Origin: a virus
Lineage: Duplodnaviria > Caudoviricetes
DNA: 30,372 nucleotides
Virus record (IMG/VR): IMGVR_UViG_3300020044_006527
Location: 1-30,372 of that record
Strand: one strand, 5' to 3'
The stretch's first letter is position 1, and every line of letters begins with the position of its first letter. The position numbers and the translations under genes are program-made. The notes beneath the pieces are model-generated. The model worked only from the letters and a program-made list of their open reading frames with translations, was not told the origin of the DNA and searched no databases. Below are positions 15,482-25,062 of the stretch, in pieces.

Positions 15482-16077
15482 TAGAATGAACTACGCAACC
15501 CGTAAATACGGTAAGTTCCAGAAAAAGTACCGGAAGATGGATAGAGCGTAAACCCATCATATTGACTGGAATTTACGAGAAAACCAGCACCTGTATAACT
15601 CGCAATTGCTGCACCATCATCGCCCTGACTGCTAATCACAACCTTTGTTTCTGCGACAGATTGAGGATCGATGAATTTCAATTGCACGGAATGTCTTGTT
15701 GGTGCAGCAGCACCCTGTCTAGCAAATCCGGTCATAATGAATGTTGCTGATCCGGACGAAGACTGAGAGTTTGCTCCATTGCTTCTAATTCCATATATTC
15801 CATATTGGTAATTAGCGGTAGCATCTGTTCCAGAAGCCCTCAATCTCAGATAAATATCTGGATTTGCGCTGAATGCTGTGAAGTTGAATGTAACTTCGTA
15901 ATTCGCGTATGTTGATGTGAAGACGTTATTTACGTTTACTGCGCTAGATGCTGAAAAAGATGCCGTGGCTACAAGGATATTCCCGACAGCATTAGAGTTG
16001 TCGCGAACGTCTGTGTTCCAGCGTGCTGCGGTGAGTACGTCGCCGGCGACTGCGGTTCCTGGTGTAGTCCAAGCCAT
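15481..16077 (-). CDS. Minor tail / putative receptor-binding protein
   Basis: MAWTTPGTAVAGDVLTAARWN N-terminus, beta-rich S/T/A C-terminus ending GTYRIYG; last gene of tail module. Confidence 0.75.
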   Translation of the reverse strand: MAWTTPGTAVAGDVLTAARWNTDVRDNSNAVGNILVATASFSASSAVNVNNVFTSTYANYEVTFNFTAFSANPDIYLRLRASGTDATANYQYGIYGIRSNGANSQSSSGSATFIMTGFARQGAAAPTRHSVQLKFIDPQSVAETKVVISSQGDDGAAIASYTGAGFLVNSSQYDGFTLYPSSGTFSGTYRIYGLRSSF

Positions 16078-16098
16078 GAGCGTATTCTACCGTTTCTG

Positions 16099-17301
16099 TT
16101 AGAGGCCGAAGGGAGAGCCGACAACGCTGCCACCAGCAAAGAGGCTGATAGGGTTGGCTGTCGGGTCGGATGACGAGCCGAAGACGAATGCGACCGTATC
16201 CGTAGACGCAAGCGTGAATTCGACGGTGTGTTGCTTTGGTCGGATCTGATGACGGATTCCGATGATCTGGACAGAGCGTGACACGCTCGTTCCGACCTTG
16301 CTTGGTTGGAATTGGATTGTCACGATGTCGGCGAGCTCGAGTGCGAGCAATGATGTTTGCTGCGCTGCGGTGAGGGCGGCGAGTTCGACGGCGATCGTAT
16401 TGAACCGCAAGTCTGGTTCGCCATACTTCTTAGCAAAATACCCGGCAAGCGCGAGCGCGTCCGCGGTGCCTTGCGAGCCGAGCGGCAAGAGTAGTCCGTT
16501 GATCTCGAGGCTCTGCACGCCATACGTCGTCTGACTCGTAGAGTTCGATGCGAGTTGCGTCTCGAGTCCAATTGGCGTGATGCCAACACGGTTATAGAGG
16601 AGTTCGGTGCCGTACGAGATCTCAATGTCGGTGTACGGGATGGCGGTGCCAGCGTCGGAGAATACGACGGTGCCTGGCGCGAGTGCTCCCGCGTTTCGAT
16701 CCTTGAACTCGACCTTATTCGCCTTCGTCATAAAGAGCAATCCAGGCTCGGATGCGGCGACGAGCTGGAGATACTCGAGTACCTCGCGGCCCTGCTCAAC
16801 AACATCCGCCTGAAGTGTCTGCACGCCGGTATCAATCGATCGCTCTGCCGCCGGCCACCCAACCTCGGATCGATCAAGGACGGCGCCAATACGCGCGCCC
16901 GTTGTCTGAGCAGTCGCCGTATGCGCATTCAACTGCTGACCACCAAACAAGATGAAACCATCGACACACGCAGCCGAAGCAGTCGCGTCACCCTCCACGC
17001 TGTAATCCAGCGACCAATCCTCCACGAGTCCCGTGAACTGCACCGCGGTAGAGCCACTCACGATGGTGCTTACTTTCATATTCTTCCGCGGCTTGATATT
17101 CGGATAGAACGGCGACGATGTGTAGAACGGATCGAACGCGCGAGACGTATTCGTAAACGACAGGTTCGCACTACCCGTCGTGAACCGATCAAGTTCGCGC
17201 GACAATCCTCGCGAGATCGTCACGCTCGTGGTGTACGAAGTGACGTCATAGAACGCGGTGCCGCTTCCGCCGATCTGGACGAGAACATCAGGAGCCGGCA
17301 C
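16099..17301 (-). CDS. Minor tail (baseplate hub-like) protein
   Basis: Follows tape measure; VTISRGLSRELDRF, FTGLVEDW patterns. Confidence 0.8.
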   Translation of the reverse strand: MPAPDVLVQIGGSGTAFYDVTSYTTSVTISRGLSRELDRFTTGSANLSFTNTSRAFDPFYTSSPFYPNIKPRKNMKVSTIVSGSTAVQFTGLVEDWSLDYSVEGDATASAACVDGFILFGGQQLNAHTATAQTTGARIGAVLDRSEVGWPAAERSIDTGVQTLQADVVEQGREVLEYLQLVAASEPGLLFMTKANKVEFKDRNAGALAPGTVVFSDAGTAIPYTDIEISYGTELLYNRVGITPIGLETQLASNSTSQTTYGVQSLEINGLLLPLGSQGTADALALAGYFAKKYGEPDLRFNTIAVELAALTAAQQTSLLALELADIVTIQFQPSKVGTSVSRSVQIIGIRHQIRPKQHTVEFTLASTDTVAFVFGSSSDPTANPISLFAGGSVVGSPFGL

Positions 17302-17305
17302 GACG

Positions 17306-19624
17306 CTAGCCCTTACGAAGCGTCGTCACGCGATTGAAGTCCGTCTTCGTAGAACCACCCGAAGTCTGACCCGCCACATTCTGCGTCACCGACAATAGCG
17401 GCGCGGAGAAGGCTTGACCATTACGCTTCTCAAACCGCTTGATCGACTCGACAATCGTCCGACCTAGCTCGTCAGGATCAGTACCAAGCCCAGCATTCAC
17501 CGTAAGATTGTAGACATTCGTCGTGCCACCGCCGCCACCACCAACAGCATCACGAAGCATATTCATCGCACTCGTCGAGTTCAACGGAATGACAGCCTCA
17601 GCACCAGCCTCACCAGCCGTAAACACTTGCTTCTTTAGAATGCCACCCATCGCCAAGCCATACGCCGAGCGAACAGGCTTCGCGTTCCCAGCATCCCAAT
17701 CCTGCATGATCTTCTTGATCTCAGCAGCCTCAGCAGCCGTGATCGTCGAACCACCCGGACTACCAGCACGCTTCCGAAAGTCTTGTGCCTGCTTCAATCG
17801 ATCCGCGCGTCGTTTCTGCCACGCCGCGAGCGCCTCATCATAACGGCGCTGATTCTCCTGCTTCAACGCAGACGACACGCCAGGCTGCTCCGCAGCAATC
17901 GGCTGACCCTGACCAGCAACCTTCGCAATGTCCGCAACGAGCGCAAGCACACCCTGTAGTTCGCGCTCAAACGCACCCGAGAAAGCGATACCAAGCTCAG
18001 ACCCAAAGTCAGAACCGATATACGCATTGAGTTGATCAGAGAAGGATTTTGCGCTGATGAGTCCACGATTGAACTCCTCGATGAGATTGTCAATGCGGCT
18101 CTTATCTGTCGCTTCAGCGTCCGAAAGTGCGCGATCACGAATTGTCTGCTGACGATCAAGCAAGAGCTGATCCAAGTCGAGCTGTGCGCTCGTCTTATCC
18201 TCAGCCATAGCGAGTGCATCTCGAGCAGCTTTCTCTTCGATCGCGAAACGCTCATCCTCAATACGTCGCTGCTCCGCAGTAATCTCAGCAGCATTTGATC
18301 CAGTCCCATTCACACGAAGTAACGCGGCACGCTTCTGCGACATAAACGAAAGCAGACTCGAGCCGAACGATTGGAGCTGCTTCCGCGCATCCTGAATAGC
18401 AGCCTTCACCGTATCCGTGATGATGTTCGCTTTCGATACTGCACCCTTACGACCAAATATCCTCTTGATGACCTTGTCGCCAAGTTCCTTCAAGTCGGCA
18501 GAATCAGATAGCTTGTTTAGGGCACCAGTCAATGCGTCATAGATAGCCTGGAAGAATGCCTTAGTCGAATTATGGATCTCTTCAACGAATCCCTGCAACA
18601 GTCCAGCAGCAAGCGTCCCACCACTAATCCGCATCGTGAACTGCCATACGCCGATGATGCGATCAAACAATCCGCTCAGAGACGCAGTAGCTTCCTTGGA
18701 TCCGGTACTACTGAACGCGCCAAGCAACGCGCGAACAGAATTCCTACCAGCCTGCACAGCGTCACGCTCAATACCATTGAAGAAAGCATCAAACTGCTGA
18801 CGACCACTCGGAATCAACTTCACACCAGCAGGAAGTTCAACACGGCCCTGCTGATCCCACCACGTATAGATACTGCGAATACTCGTCCACGCAACATTGC
18901 CAATGCTGCCAACAATCAGCCTAATACGCGCCTCAAGCGTCGGCTTCTCACGAAGCTGATTCAGGAAACTAGAAACCTTCGACGCAGCATTAGCCAACGC
19001 GACCACAAGCGGAGCGCCAATCGTCTCGCGCAGATTCTCCACAGCCTCATTGAAACGCTGAAACGATCCCGTAGCACTCGTCCCGAACGCTTCTGCCTGT
19101 CCCTGGACACGCTTAGAAACAATCGCGAGCGCCTCTTGCTTCGTCGTGTTCTCATCTACCGTGATCCCGAATTGCTTGAAGAGGCGCGTATTGCCATTCA
19201 TCGCGCGCCCAACGCTCATCGCATTCTTCTCAAGATCAACAAAACCCGTATTCGCTGAGAGATCAAGCGCAAGATTTAGACCATCCATCGCCTTCGTCGA
19301 ATCACCCGTAAGGCGAAGGATCGTCGTGAACGCTCGAGACGCAGCCTCATCATCCACACCAAGCGTCGTCGCAAGCTGCGTAAACTGATTCTGAAGGCGA
19401 TTGACATCATCACTCATGCCAAGCGACTTGAGCTGACCACGAAGCGCCTGCGTGCTCTTCTCAGCCTCAGCAGCCGCCTTCACACTCTTATACAGCTCGG
19501 CAGTAACACCAGCAGCAATCGCAACAGACGCGATCCTTCCAAACTTGGAAAGGCTACTACCAGCACCCTTCAAGCCGCGGCTAAGACCACTAAAATCACC
19601 GACGATAGGAACAACGATAGCCAT
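17306..19624 (-). CDS. Tail tape measure protein
   Basis: 772 aa Ala/Leu-rich helical; LAMGGI...GEAGAEAVIPL motif near C-terminus. Confidence 0.92.
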   Translation of the reverse strand: MAIVVPIVGDFSGLSRGLKGAGSSLSKFGRIASVAIAAGVTAELYKSVKAAAEAEKSTQALRGQLKSLGMSDDVNRLQNQFTQLATTLGVDDEAASRAFTTILRLTGDSTKAMDGLNLALDLSANTGFVDLEKNAMSVGRAMNGNTRLFKQFGITVDENTTKQEALAIVSKRVQGQAEAFGTSATGSFQRFNEAVENLRETIGAPLVVALANAASKVSSFLNQLREKPTLEARIRLIVGSIGNVAWTSIRSIYTWWDQQGRVELPAGVKLIPSGRQQFDAFFNGIERDAVQAGRNSVRALLGAFSSTGSKEATASLSGLFDRIIGVWQFTMRISGGTLAAGLLQGFVEEIHNSTKAFFQAIYDALTGALNKLSDSADLKELGDKVIKRIFGRKGAVSKANIITDTVKAAIQDARKQLQSFGSSLLSFMSQKRAALLRVNGTGSNAAEITAEQRRIEDERFAIEEKAARDALAMAEDKTSAQLDLDQLLLDRQQTIRDRALSDAEATDKSRIDNLIEEFNRGLISAKSFSDQLNAYIGSDFGSELGIAFSGAFERELQGVLALVADIAKVAGQGQPIAAEQPGVSSALKQENQRRYDEALAAWQKRRADRLKQAQDFRKRAGSPGGSTITAAEAAEIKKIMQDWDAGNAKPVRSAYGLAMGGILKKQVFTAGEAGAEAVIPLNSTSAMNMLRDAVGGGGGGTTNVYNLTVNAGLGTDPDELGRTIVESIKRFEKRNGQAFSAPLLSVTQNVAGQTSGGSTKTDFNRVTTLRKG

Positions 19625-19647
19625 ACGTCTAGTCTACCGGTTCTCGC

Positions 19648-20229
19648 TCAGAGTCCCGTGGCGCGCGTTCGATTACGCGAATACCGAGAACCAGAATAAC
19701 GCGATCGTAGTTGAGCGTTGATCGTGCGTTCCATGCTCTCCTTCGCCATAAGAATAGTCTTACGAATATCCGGCTCATACTTCTCAACCGTCGGCCAGAT
19801 GAAACGCGACGGCTTTCCATGCTTTGCCGTCATGTTCCGCGTGAAATTAGAGTTAGTCGCCTTGCCCCCCATATCAAGCGCATCCACAGCTGCCGCACTC
19901 GAGCGAATCCTAATGAACAAAACACGCTCGCCCGTGCTACGCATCCGCTTATTCTGAATGCTCACATTCGTCTTACGGCGAACATCACTAGCACGATATG
20001 CCGGCAAACGCTTCGATCCAGTCCGCTCAATCACTCCAGGAGCAGCACCCTGCTTTGGAGGCTGCCAGCGCGACAATGCAACCTCTGGAAACGATGCGCG
20101 AATCGCATTGACAATCGGACGCGCATCCGTCTTGAACTTCTTACGCGCCTCCTTAGCGTGCTCAGGCGCGATCTCTTGCAGGATCTGCATAACCTGACCA
20201 ATGCCCTCAACACGATACGGCTGCGCCAT
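19648..20229 (-). CDS. HK97 gp10-like tail completion protein
   Basis: VEGIGQVMQIL start and PSRFIWPTVE end; basic. Confidence 0.65.
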   Translation of the reverse strand: MAQPYRVEGIGQVMQILQEIAPEHAKEARKKFKTDARPIVNAIRASFPEVALSRWQPPKQGAAPGVIERTGSKRLPAYRASDVRRKTNVSIQNKRMRSTGERVLFIRIRSSAAAVDALDMGGKATNSNFTRNMTAKHGKPSRFIWPTVEKYEPDIRKTILMAKESMERTINAQLRSRYSGSRYSRNRTRATGL

Positions 20230-20233
20230 CACA

Positions 20234-20392
20234 CTATCCTTGCGAGTGAACCGCTCGCCACCTGATGTAGCCGAGCATTGTCCAAAGCATACGCTCCGAC
20301 TCGCATAAGAGTTGGCTCGGAGCTATGCCTGTTTCGACAGCGAGGCTCGCTATGAGCCAATGGGAGGAGTGCTCTCCGAGGGCTCTAAAGGG
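20234..20392 (-). CDS. -1 frameshift extension of tail assembly chaperone (gpGT-like)
   Basis: In-phase slippery C-CCT-TTA at 20386-20392; -1 frame open for 52 codons (HWLIASLAVETGIAPSQLL...) to TAG 20234. Confidence 0.8.
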   Translation of the reverse strand, partial: PFRALGEHSSHWLIASLAVETGIAPSQLLCESERMLWTMLGYIRWRAVHSQG

Positions 20393-20637
20393 CCAGACTC
20401 GGAACCTTCAATATCCTCGAGCGTCGCAACCCAATCCATGAAGTCCAGCGTTGTCTTGCCCTGGCGCTGCACACTATGCCACGCAAGCCACACGAAGTCG
20501 CGAGCGAAGATCGTATCTCCGCCGAGCTCAGTCGAAGGGCGCTGATACTTCTCTTCCCATGCGATGACATCGACAAGTTCGGCCGTAACCGTCTCGGCGA
20601 TGCCACCCTTCGGCTTGATCTTGAACTGAACTTCCAT
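20350..20637 (-). CDS. Tail assembly chaperone (gpG-like)
   Basis: GGAGG RBS; directly after major tail gene; slippery site near 3' end. Confidence 0.82.
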   Translation of the reverse strand: MEVQFKIKPKGGIAETVTAELVDVIAWEEKYQRPSTELGGDTIFARDFVWLAWHSVQRQGKTTLDFMDWVATLEDIEGSESGPLEPSESTPPIGS

Positions 20638-20677
20638 CTCATTCCCTCCAACTAGCACCCATGTGGGTGCGATGAGT

Positions 20678-21079
20678 TTAGGCTACAGCCTTCGTCACGG
20701 TACCCGACACGGGCCACGTGATCGAAGCGGTCGCGAGCTCGCCGACGGCGCCATTGACAGGCGTCCACTCGGTAACAAGCGGCGTCATCGTGTACGAAGG
20801 GTTCGCGGTACCAACGGCGGTGCCGTTCGGCTTGACGACCAGCGAAGTGGTCGAACCGATAAGAGGATAAATCAATCCTTCGATTGCGCTAAAGTCCTGG
20901 TGCATATCGAGCGTCACGCTGTTGTCCTGGAGGCCGCCGACGCGAGTCGTGGCACCCGAACCGAACGCGGTCGTCTCGACCTCATTCACGGAAATGTTCA
21001 GCGTCACCGAAGCGACGTACGAGCTAACATCCGTGCCGCCGAGGGTCACGTTTGCGTTGGTAAGCACAAGCTTTGCCAT
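20678..21079 (-). CDS. Major tail tube protein
   Basis: DVSSYVASVTL, VETTAFG, NPSYT, GAVGELAT actinophage-type tube motifs. Confidence 0.85.
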   Translation of the reverse strand: MAKLVLTNANVTLGGTDVSSYVASVTLNISVNEVETTAFGSGATTRVGGLQDNSVTLDMHQDFSAIEGLIYPLIGSTTSLVVKPNGTAVGTANPSYTMTPLVTEWTPVNGAVGELATASITWPVSGTVTKAVA

Positions 21080-21085
21080 GTGATT

Positions 21086-21283
21086 CTAGACCCCCTTCGA
21101 GGTGTCGTCGTGTTCCTTAGTCATTCTAGCCGACGATTTGGACGGTTCTACAGAAACGATCCGACCAGACCCCAGCAACCCGCAAAGCAGCGCCACGCTA
21201 CCAATCTCCGACTCAGAGATCGTCTCGCCACCCTTCTTCCCATACACCGTAAAACCCTCGACAACCTTATACGTCTTGCTCAT
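21086..21283 (-). CDS. Small hypothetical virion-module protein
   Basis: AAGGAG RBS; fills gap between terminator and tube genes. Confidence 0.65.
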   Translation of the reverse strand: MSKTYKVVEGFTVYGKKGGETISESEIGSVALLCGLLGSGRIVSVEPSKSSARMTKEHDDTSKGV

Positions 21284-21292
21284 CTCGTCTCC

Positions 21293-21697
21293 TTACGCGT
21301 ACACAATGACGCGGAACTCGATCATAAGGTACGTCGTGTCATTACCATCGATAGTCTGAATGCTACCGGCGGACTCTACGATACTCGTACGCGCATACCC
21401 GCCGAGCGTCGGATCAGCCTCGATCGCGTAGCGGATGCCGCCCTGATCGTAAGAGAGGTACGCGTCTAGGCGATCTTCTGCGCTGCGCTCCGCAGCACGA
21501 CCCACGATCACGCTGATCCGGTACGTCTGCGTGACGAGTCCATTACTCATCGCGCCGTGATACTCAATCGAATCAAGCGACGGGAATGCGAACGGCGCGT
21601 TCAGATTGTCGGGCTGTCGATCATAGGCTCGCAGGCCCGTGATCGTACCGAGCGCCGTTGCGAGCGCCGTCTTGATCTCGCCAACGGTCGCGCTCAC
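21293..21697 (-). CDS. Tail terminator-like protein
   Basis: Size, position, IRYAIEADPTLGG motif. Confidence 0.75.
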   Translation of the reverse strand: MSATVGEIKTALATALGTITGLRAYDRQPDNLNAPFAFPSLDSIEYHGAMSNGLVTQTYRISVIVGRAAERSAEDRLDAYLSYDQGGIRYAIEADPTLGGYARTSIVESAGSIQTIDGNDTTYLMIEFRVIVYA

Positions 21698-22314
21698 TTC
21701 ACGTTCCGCATCTTTCGATACGGCTGAACGAGCTGCTCCACATCAGGATCAAGAAACCGCGACACGCGAACCGCGCCAAAATCGCCAAAGCCGGCGACGC
21801 CGAGTGGCGAGTCGAATCGCTTGAAAATACGCGTAGCCTGGATGATCGTCGCCGTCTCAATCGCCTTCGGAATCGCCGGCCAACCCCATACCGCCGTAAC
21901 CTTGACGAGAGCCTGCCCCTCACCAAGCAGAACACTATTCGTCGGGAAAACATAATCACCGACGGCGCGAATGCGATCGTACGCCCACGTGATGCCATCC
22001 AGCATGCCATTCAGCGGTTCAAGCTGATAATCCGTCGCCGTCCACGTAACGTCCCACGTACCATCGCCGAGCGTACTCGTCTCGAGCGTGATCGCCGTAC
22101 CGCCCATATCATCCGTCTGCACGTAAAGCGAATCATTCGTGCTGAAGACGCGAGCCGCGGTGCCAGCATTGTAGAAACTCCGCATCGCGTACCCATCGAT
22201 GAGCCTGGACGCGGACTCAACGCTACCCTCGAGCAGCGTGTCATCCGTGGAGTCGGAGATGCGAAGCGCAGCCTTTACCTGTGCGAGCGTGCAATAGCCA
22301 TTCGTGATCGCCAT
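21694..22314 (-). CDS. Head-to-tail adaptor
   Basis: YCTLAQVKAALRI...DDTLL...ASRLIDGY, WGWPAIP...IETAT, DVEQLVQPYR. Confidence 0.85.
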   Translation of the reverse strand: MAITNGYCTLAQVKAALRISDSTDDTLLEGSVESASRLIDGYAMRSFYNAGTAARVFSTNDSLYVQTDDMGGTAITLETSTLGDGTWDVTWTATDYQLEPLNGMLDGITWAYDRIRAVGDYVFPTNSVLLGEGQALVKVTAVWGWPAIPKAIETATIIQATRIFKRFDSPLGVAGFGDFGAVRVSRFLDPDVEQLVQPYRKMRNVK

Positions 22315-22323
22315 GCTCGTATT

Positions 22324-22875
22324 CTACCCGCCCGTAGATAGGTTAGAACCGTGAAAGCGGTACGTCCACGTTTCCTCTTCAACGCATACAAACCGGGCAC
22401 CAGCATCCAACGCGCGCAACCAGAAATCCCAATCCTCAAAACCATACGCAGAATCAGCACGCCACCCGAGCTCCTCGCACAAGCCCGTGCGAATCAGCGT
22501 CGTCGCGGGAATATAGTTCTCACGCCTAAGACGATCAGGATCAAACGAACTATTCGGATTGAAGCCGCGCCCCTCGACACGACAATACGAATAGACAATA
22601 TCCGCCTCGTCCGAATGCGCTACGAGCGTCTCCAGGTGATGCGCATCCATCAAGTCATCATCGGCGAGTTGTGCGACCCAATCAGCCTCAGACGCGACAC
22701 ACGCTGGCAGCATCCTATTCAGCATCACCGCCGGCCCAGCGCGCAGATAATCAAGCATCACAAGATGAGTGATCGGCGCGAGCGTCTGCGCCTTCACACT
22801 CTCAATGCACTCAGCACGAAACTCGCTGCGTTCCGGCAAGCTCGTTGTAACGACGGCTACGCGAGCCACGCCCAC
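22324..22875 (-). CDS. Glycosyltransferase family 2 (GT-A)
   Basis: ECIESVKAQT, WVAQLADDD, FEDWDFWLRA, YRFHGSN. Confidence 0.9.
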   Translation of the reverse strand: MGVARVAVVTTSLPERSEFRAECIESVKAQTLAPITHLVMLDYLRAGPAVMLNRMLPACVASEADWVAQLADDDLMDAHHLETLVAHSDEADIVYSYCRVEGRGFNPNSSFDPDRLRRENYIPATTLIRTGLCEELGWRADSAYGFEDWDFWLRALDAGARFVCVEEETWTYRFHGSNLSTGG

Positions 22876-23513
22876 AATCCCTCCGCCTCACGCTGCGAAT
22901 CAGCCAGGCGCGCATACCGCTCCCACACCGAATCAGAAAGAAGACCCTCCGAATAGTCGCTAGGCAATGCAGCATCCTTACTCGTATTCGAGCCGAGCAA
23001 TCGAGCAGGCGCACCCGCAACCTTCGCATACGGCTGCACATGCTTCACCACACTCGAGTTCAACCCAACCATGGCGCGCTCACCAATGATCGTCCACGGA
23101 TGCGTCACCACGCCCTGACCAAACGTCGCAGCATCATCAATCAGCGTAAAGCCACCAAGAATGCTAAAGCTGCCCATCGTCACGCCAGCGCCAAGCTGTG
23201 AATCGTGCGCAATATGCGCACCCGCCATCAACAAACAATCCTCACCAACAATCGTCGGCCTGACAATGCCCTGATGCACCTGGACGAACTCGCGAATACA
23301 CGCACCATCACGAATGACAACACCACTAGCACGATGTGGCGAGTCCAAGCCACACGGATACGAACCGCGATGCTGCGCCGGCGCACCAACGACCGCATAC
23401 GGACCAATGTAGACACCATCACCAATCGTCAATGGACCCGTAAGGATCGTCGTCTCAAAGATCTCACAATCCGCACCGATCATCACCTCGCCATGCGTCT
23501 CGTCAATGATCAT
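22857..23513 (-). CDS. LpxA-like left-handed beta-helix sugar acyltransferase
   Basis: Hexapeptide repeats; IREFVQVHQG, LLMAGAHIAHD, VAGAPA. Confidence 0.88.
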   Translation of the reverse strand: MIIDETHGEVMIGADCEIFETTILTGPLTIGDGVYIGPYAVVGAPAQHRGSYPCGLDSPHRASGVVIRDGACIREFVQVHQGIVRPTIVGEDCLLMAGAHIAHDSQLGAGVTMGSFSILGGFTLIDDAATFGQGVVTHPWTIIGERAMVGLNSSVVKHVQPYAKVAGAPARLLGSNTSKDAALPSDYSEGLLSDSVWERYARLADSQREAEGLWAWLA

Positions 23514-24388
23514 GCTGCCTCCCGAATCTGATTCGCCAAATCTGTCACACGCCGAAACACGCCACGATTATCCGACGCACCATTATTGACCACAAGCGCC
23601 GTATCACTCAGCCGACGATAAACGGCACTCATCGGCGCGTCATCCTCTTGCCACGCAATCTCTAACTCTTTGCAATCCGACACGATCACATCATCGATCT
23701 GATCCCACACGACCGATGCTCGAGCACCACCAAGCGACACACTTCGCCGCGCCTCAAGCTGATCCGTACGCGCCTCAAGTAGCGCCGTCTTCTGCCCACT
23801 CACAAACTTCGCCGACACAACGCACTCCGTGATCTCGGCACTATCGATCAGCCATTCTGTTTCTGGTTCCCACTCGGCGAGCATCGCCAAGTCGTGGACG
23901 AGCATGTCGAAGAGGATCGGCGCATTCGTCCGATTCCCGGTCGCGTATCGGATCGAATCGAACGTGACGAGCTCGCCGAGCATCGGCTTGAACGTACAGA
24001 GCGTCTGCCACGACTGATGCGAAAGCATCGTGTAATCCACGATTACTTTGCGATGGTTATAGTCGGCGACGCGGAATAGGCGCAGATACTCGTCTAATGT
24101 CGTCACGCCAGGCTTCGCCAGCATGATGTTGGCATACGAGTGGAGCGCATCCTGCGCGTGCATAAACATGCTGCCAATCGGTGACGCGATCACGACGAGC
24201 TTTGGATGCGTCGCCTCGAGCGCATTACGCATCAAATGAAACGCATGAAGATTCGCCGCCTTCGCATCAGCAAGCGCACGCGGATCAGGATCATGCACAC
24301 CAGCCAAGAAATACGCGGGATGCTCGATCAGATTGCGAGCCATCACGCGACCCCAATACCCGTACCCGACGAGAAGCGTATCGATCAT
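23510..24388 (-). CDS. Gfo/Idh/MocA-family NAD-dependent oxidoreductase
   Basis: VGYGYWG Rossmann motif, LAKP (canonical EKP), DMLVHDL. Confidence 0.85.
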   Translation of the reverse strand: MIDTLLVGYGYWGRVMARNLIEHPAYFLAGVHDPDPRALADAKAANLHAFHLMRNALEATHPKLVVIASPIGSMFMHAQDALHSYANIMLAKPGVTTLDEYLRLFRVADYNHRKVIVDYTMLSHQSWQTLCTFKPMLGELVTFDSIRYATGNRTNAPILFDMLVHDLAMLAEWEPETEWLIDSAEITECVVSAKFVSGQKTALLEARTDQLEARRSVSLGGARASVVWDQIDDVIVSDCKELEIAWQEDDAPMSAVYRRLSDTALVVNNGASDNRGVFRRVTDLANQIREAA

Positions 24389-25062
24389 CCTTCCCATCCA
24401 TTCCGCACGCGCGTCGCAAGATCCCACTCAGCCGTCGCCGGCAAACCATCAGCCTGAACATTCGCCCACCGGTACTGCATATACGCCTGATTGGCTGCGA
24501 ACGTGCGCGCATTGTGCGCCTGATACTCCGGATTCCGATCCAACGTAGACGAGTTATCGTGACGCACATTCACCGTCGAATACTCGACGGGAATGCCCAT
24601 GATCAGAGCGCGCTGCTCGTAATCATTGTCCTCAAAGTACGCGGGGTGGAAGCGTTCGCAGAATAAGCCGACGCGCTGCACAACCTCGCGACCAATCCAC
24701 GCACAACACCACGCCGGCGACCCTGCTAGCACGATCCGATCAGGCTGAAGCTCGCGCGAATATCCCTCAAGCGGATCTTCGGAGAACCACGCGTCCGAGT
24801 TCAAGAGAAGCCAGCCAGGCGCATATGGCGTTGCCTTTATGCCGAGATTCCACGAACCAGCAACGCTCAACCCGGTTGGCATCCTCCACACATAGACGCG
24901 CATCGGATCATCATCGTCAAGCCACGACCGCACCGTAGTCTGCTCGAGCTCGTCACCATTGTCCACAAGGATCAGCGTATCGACGCACCACACCAGGCTC
25001 TTTACGCAGCGTTCAAGAAGATCATGCTGCCCAAGAACAGGGATGACGACAACGGGGATCAT
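24385..25062 (-). CDS. Glycosyltransferase family 2 (GT-A)
   Basis: VVIPVL, ILVDNG, SWNLGI, LLNSD, FHPAYFEDNDY. Confidence 0.9.
   Translation of the reverse strand: MIPVVVIPVLGQHDLLERCVKSLVWCVDTLILVDNGDELEQTTVRSWLDDDDPMRVYVWRMPTGLSVAGSWNLGIKATPYAPGWLLLNSDAWFSEDPLEGYSRELQPDRIVLAGSPAWCCAWIGREVVQRVGLFCERFHPAYFEDNDYEQRALIMGIPVEYSTVNVRHDNSSTLDRNPEYQAHNARTFAANQAYMQYRWANVQADGLPATAEWDLATRVRNGWEG

Noticed and set aside
15481-16077. Diversity-generating retroelement target
   Set aside because: No reverse transcriptase and no template-repeat copy of the gene end seen in the window.
22857-23513. True lpxA indicating lipid A synthesis and a Gram-negative host
   Set aside because: Truncated C-terminal domain, changed substrate residues, no other lpx genes, and other features point to an actinobacterial host.
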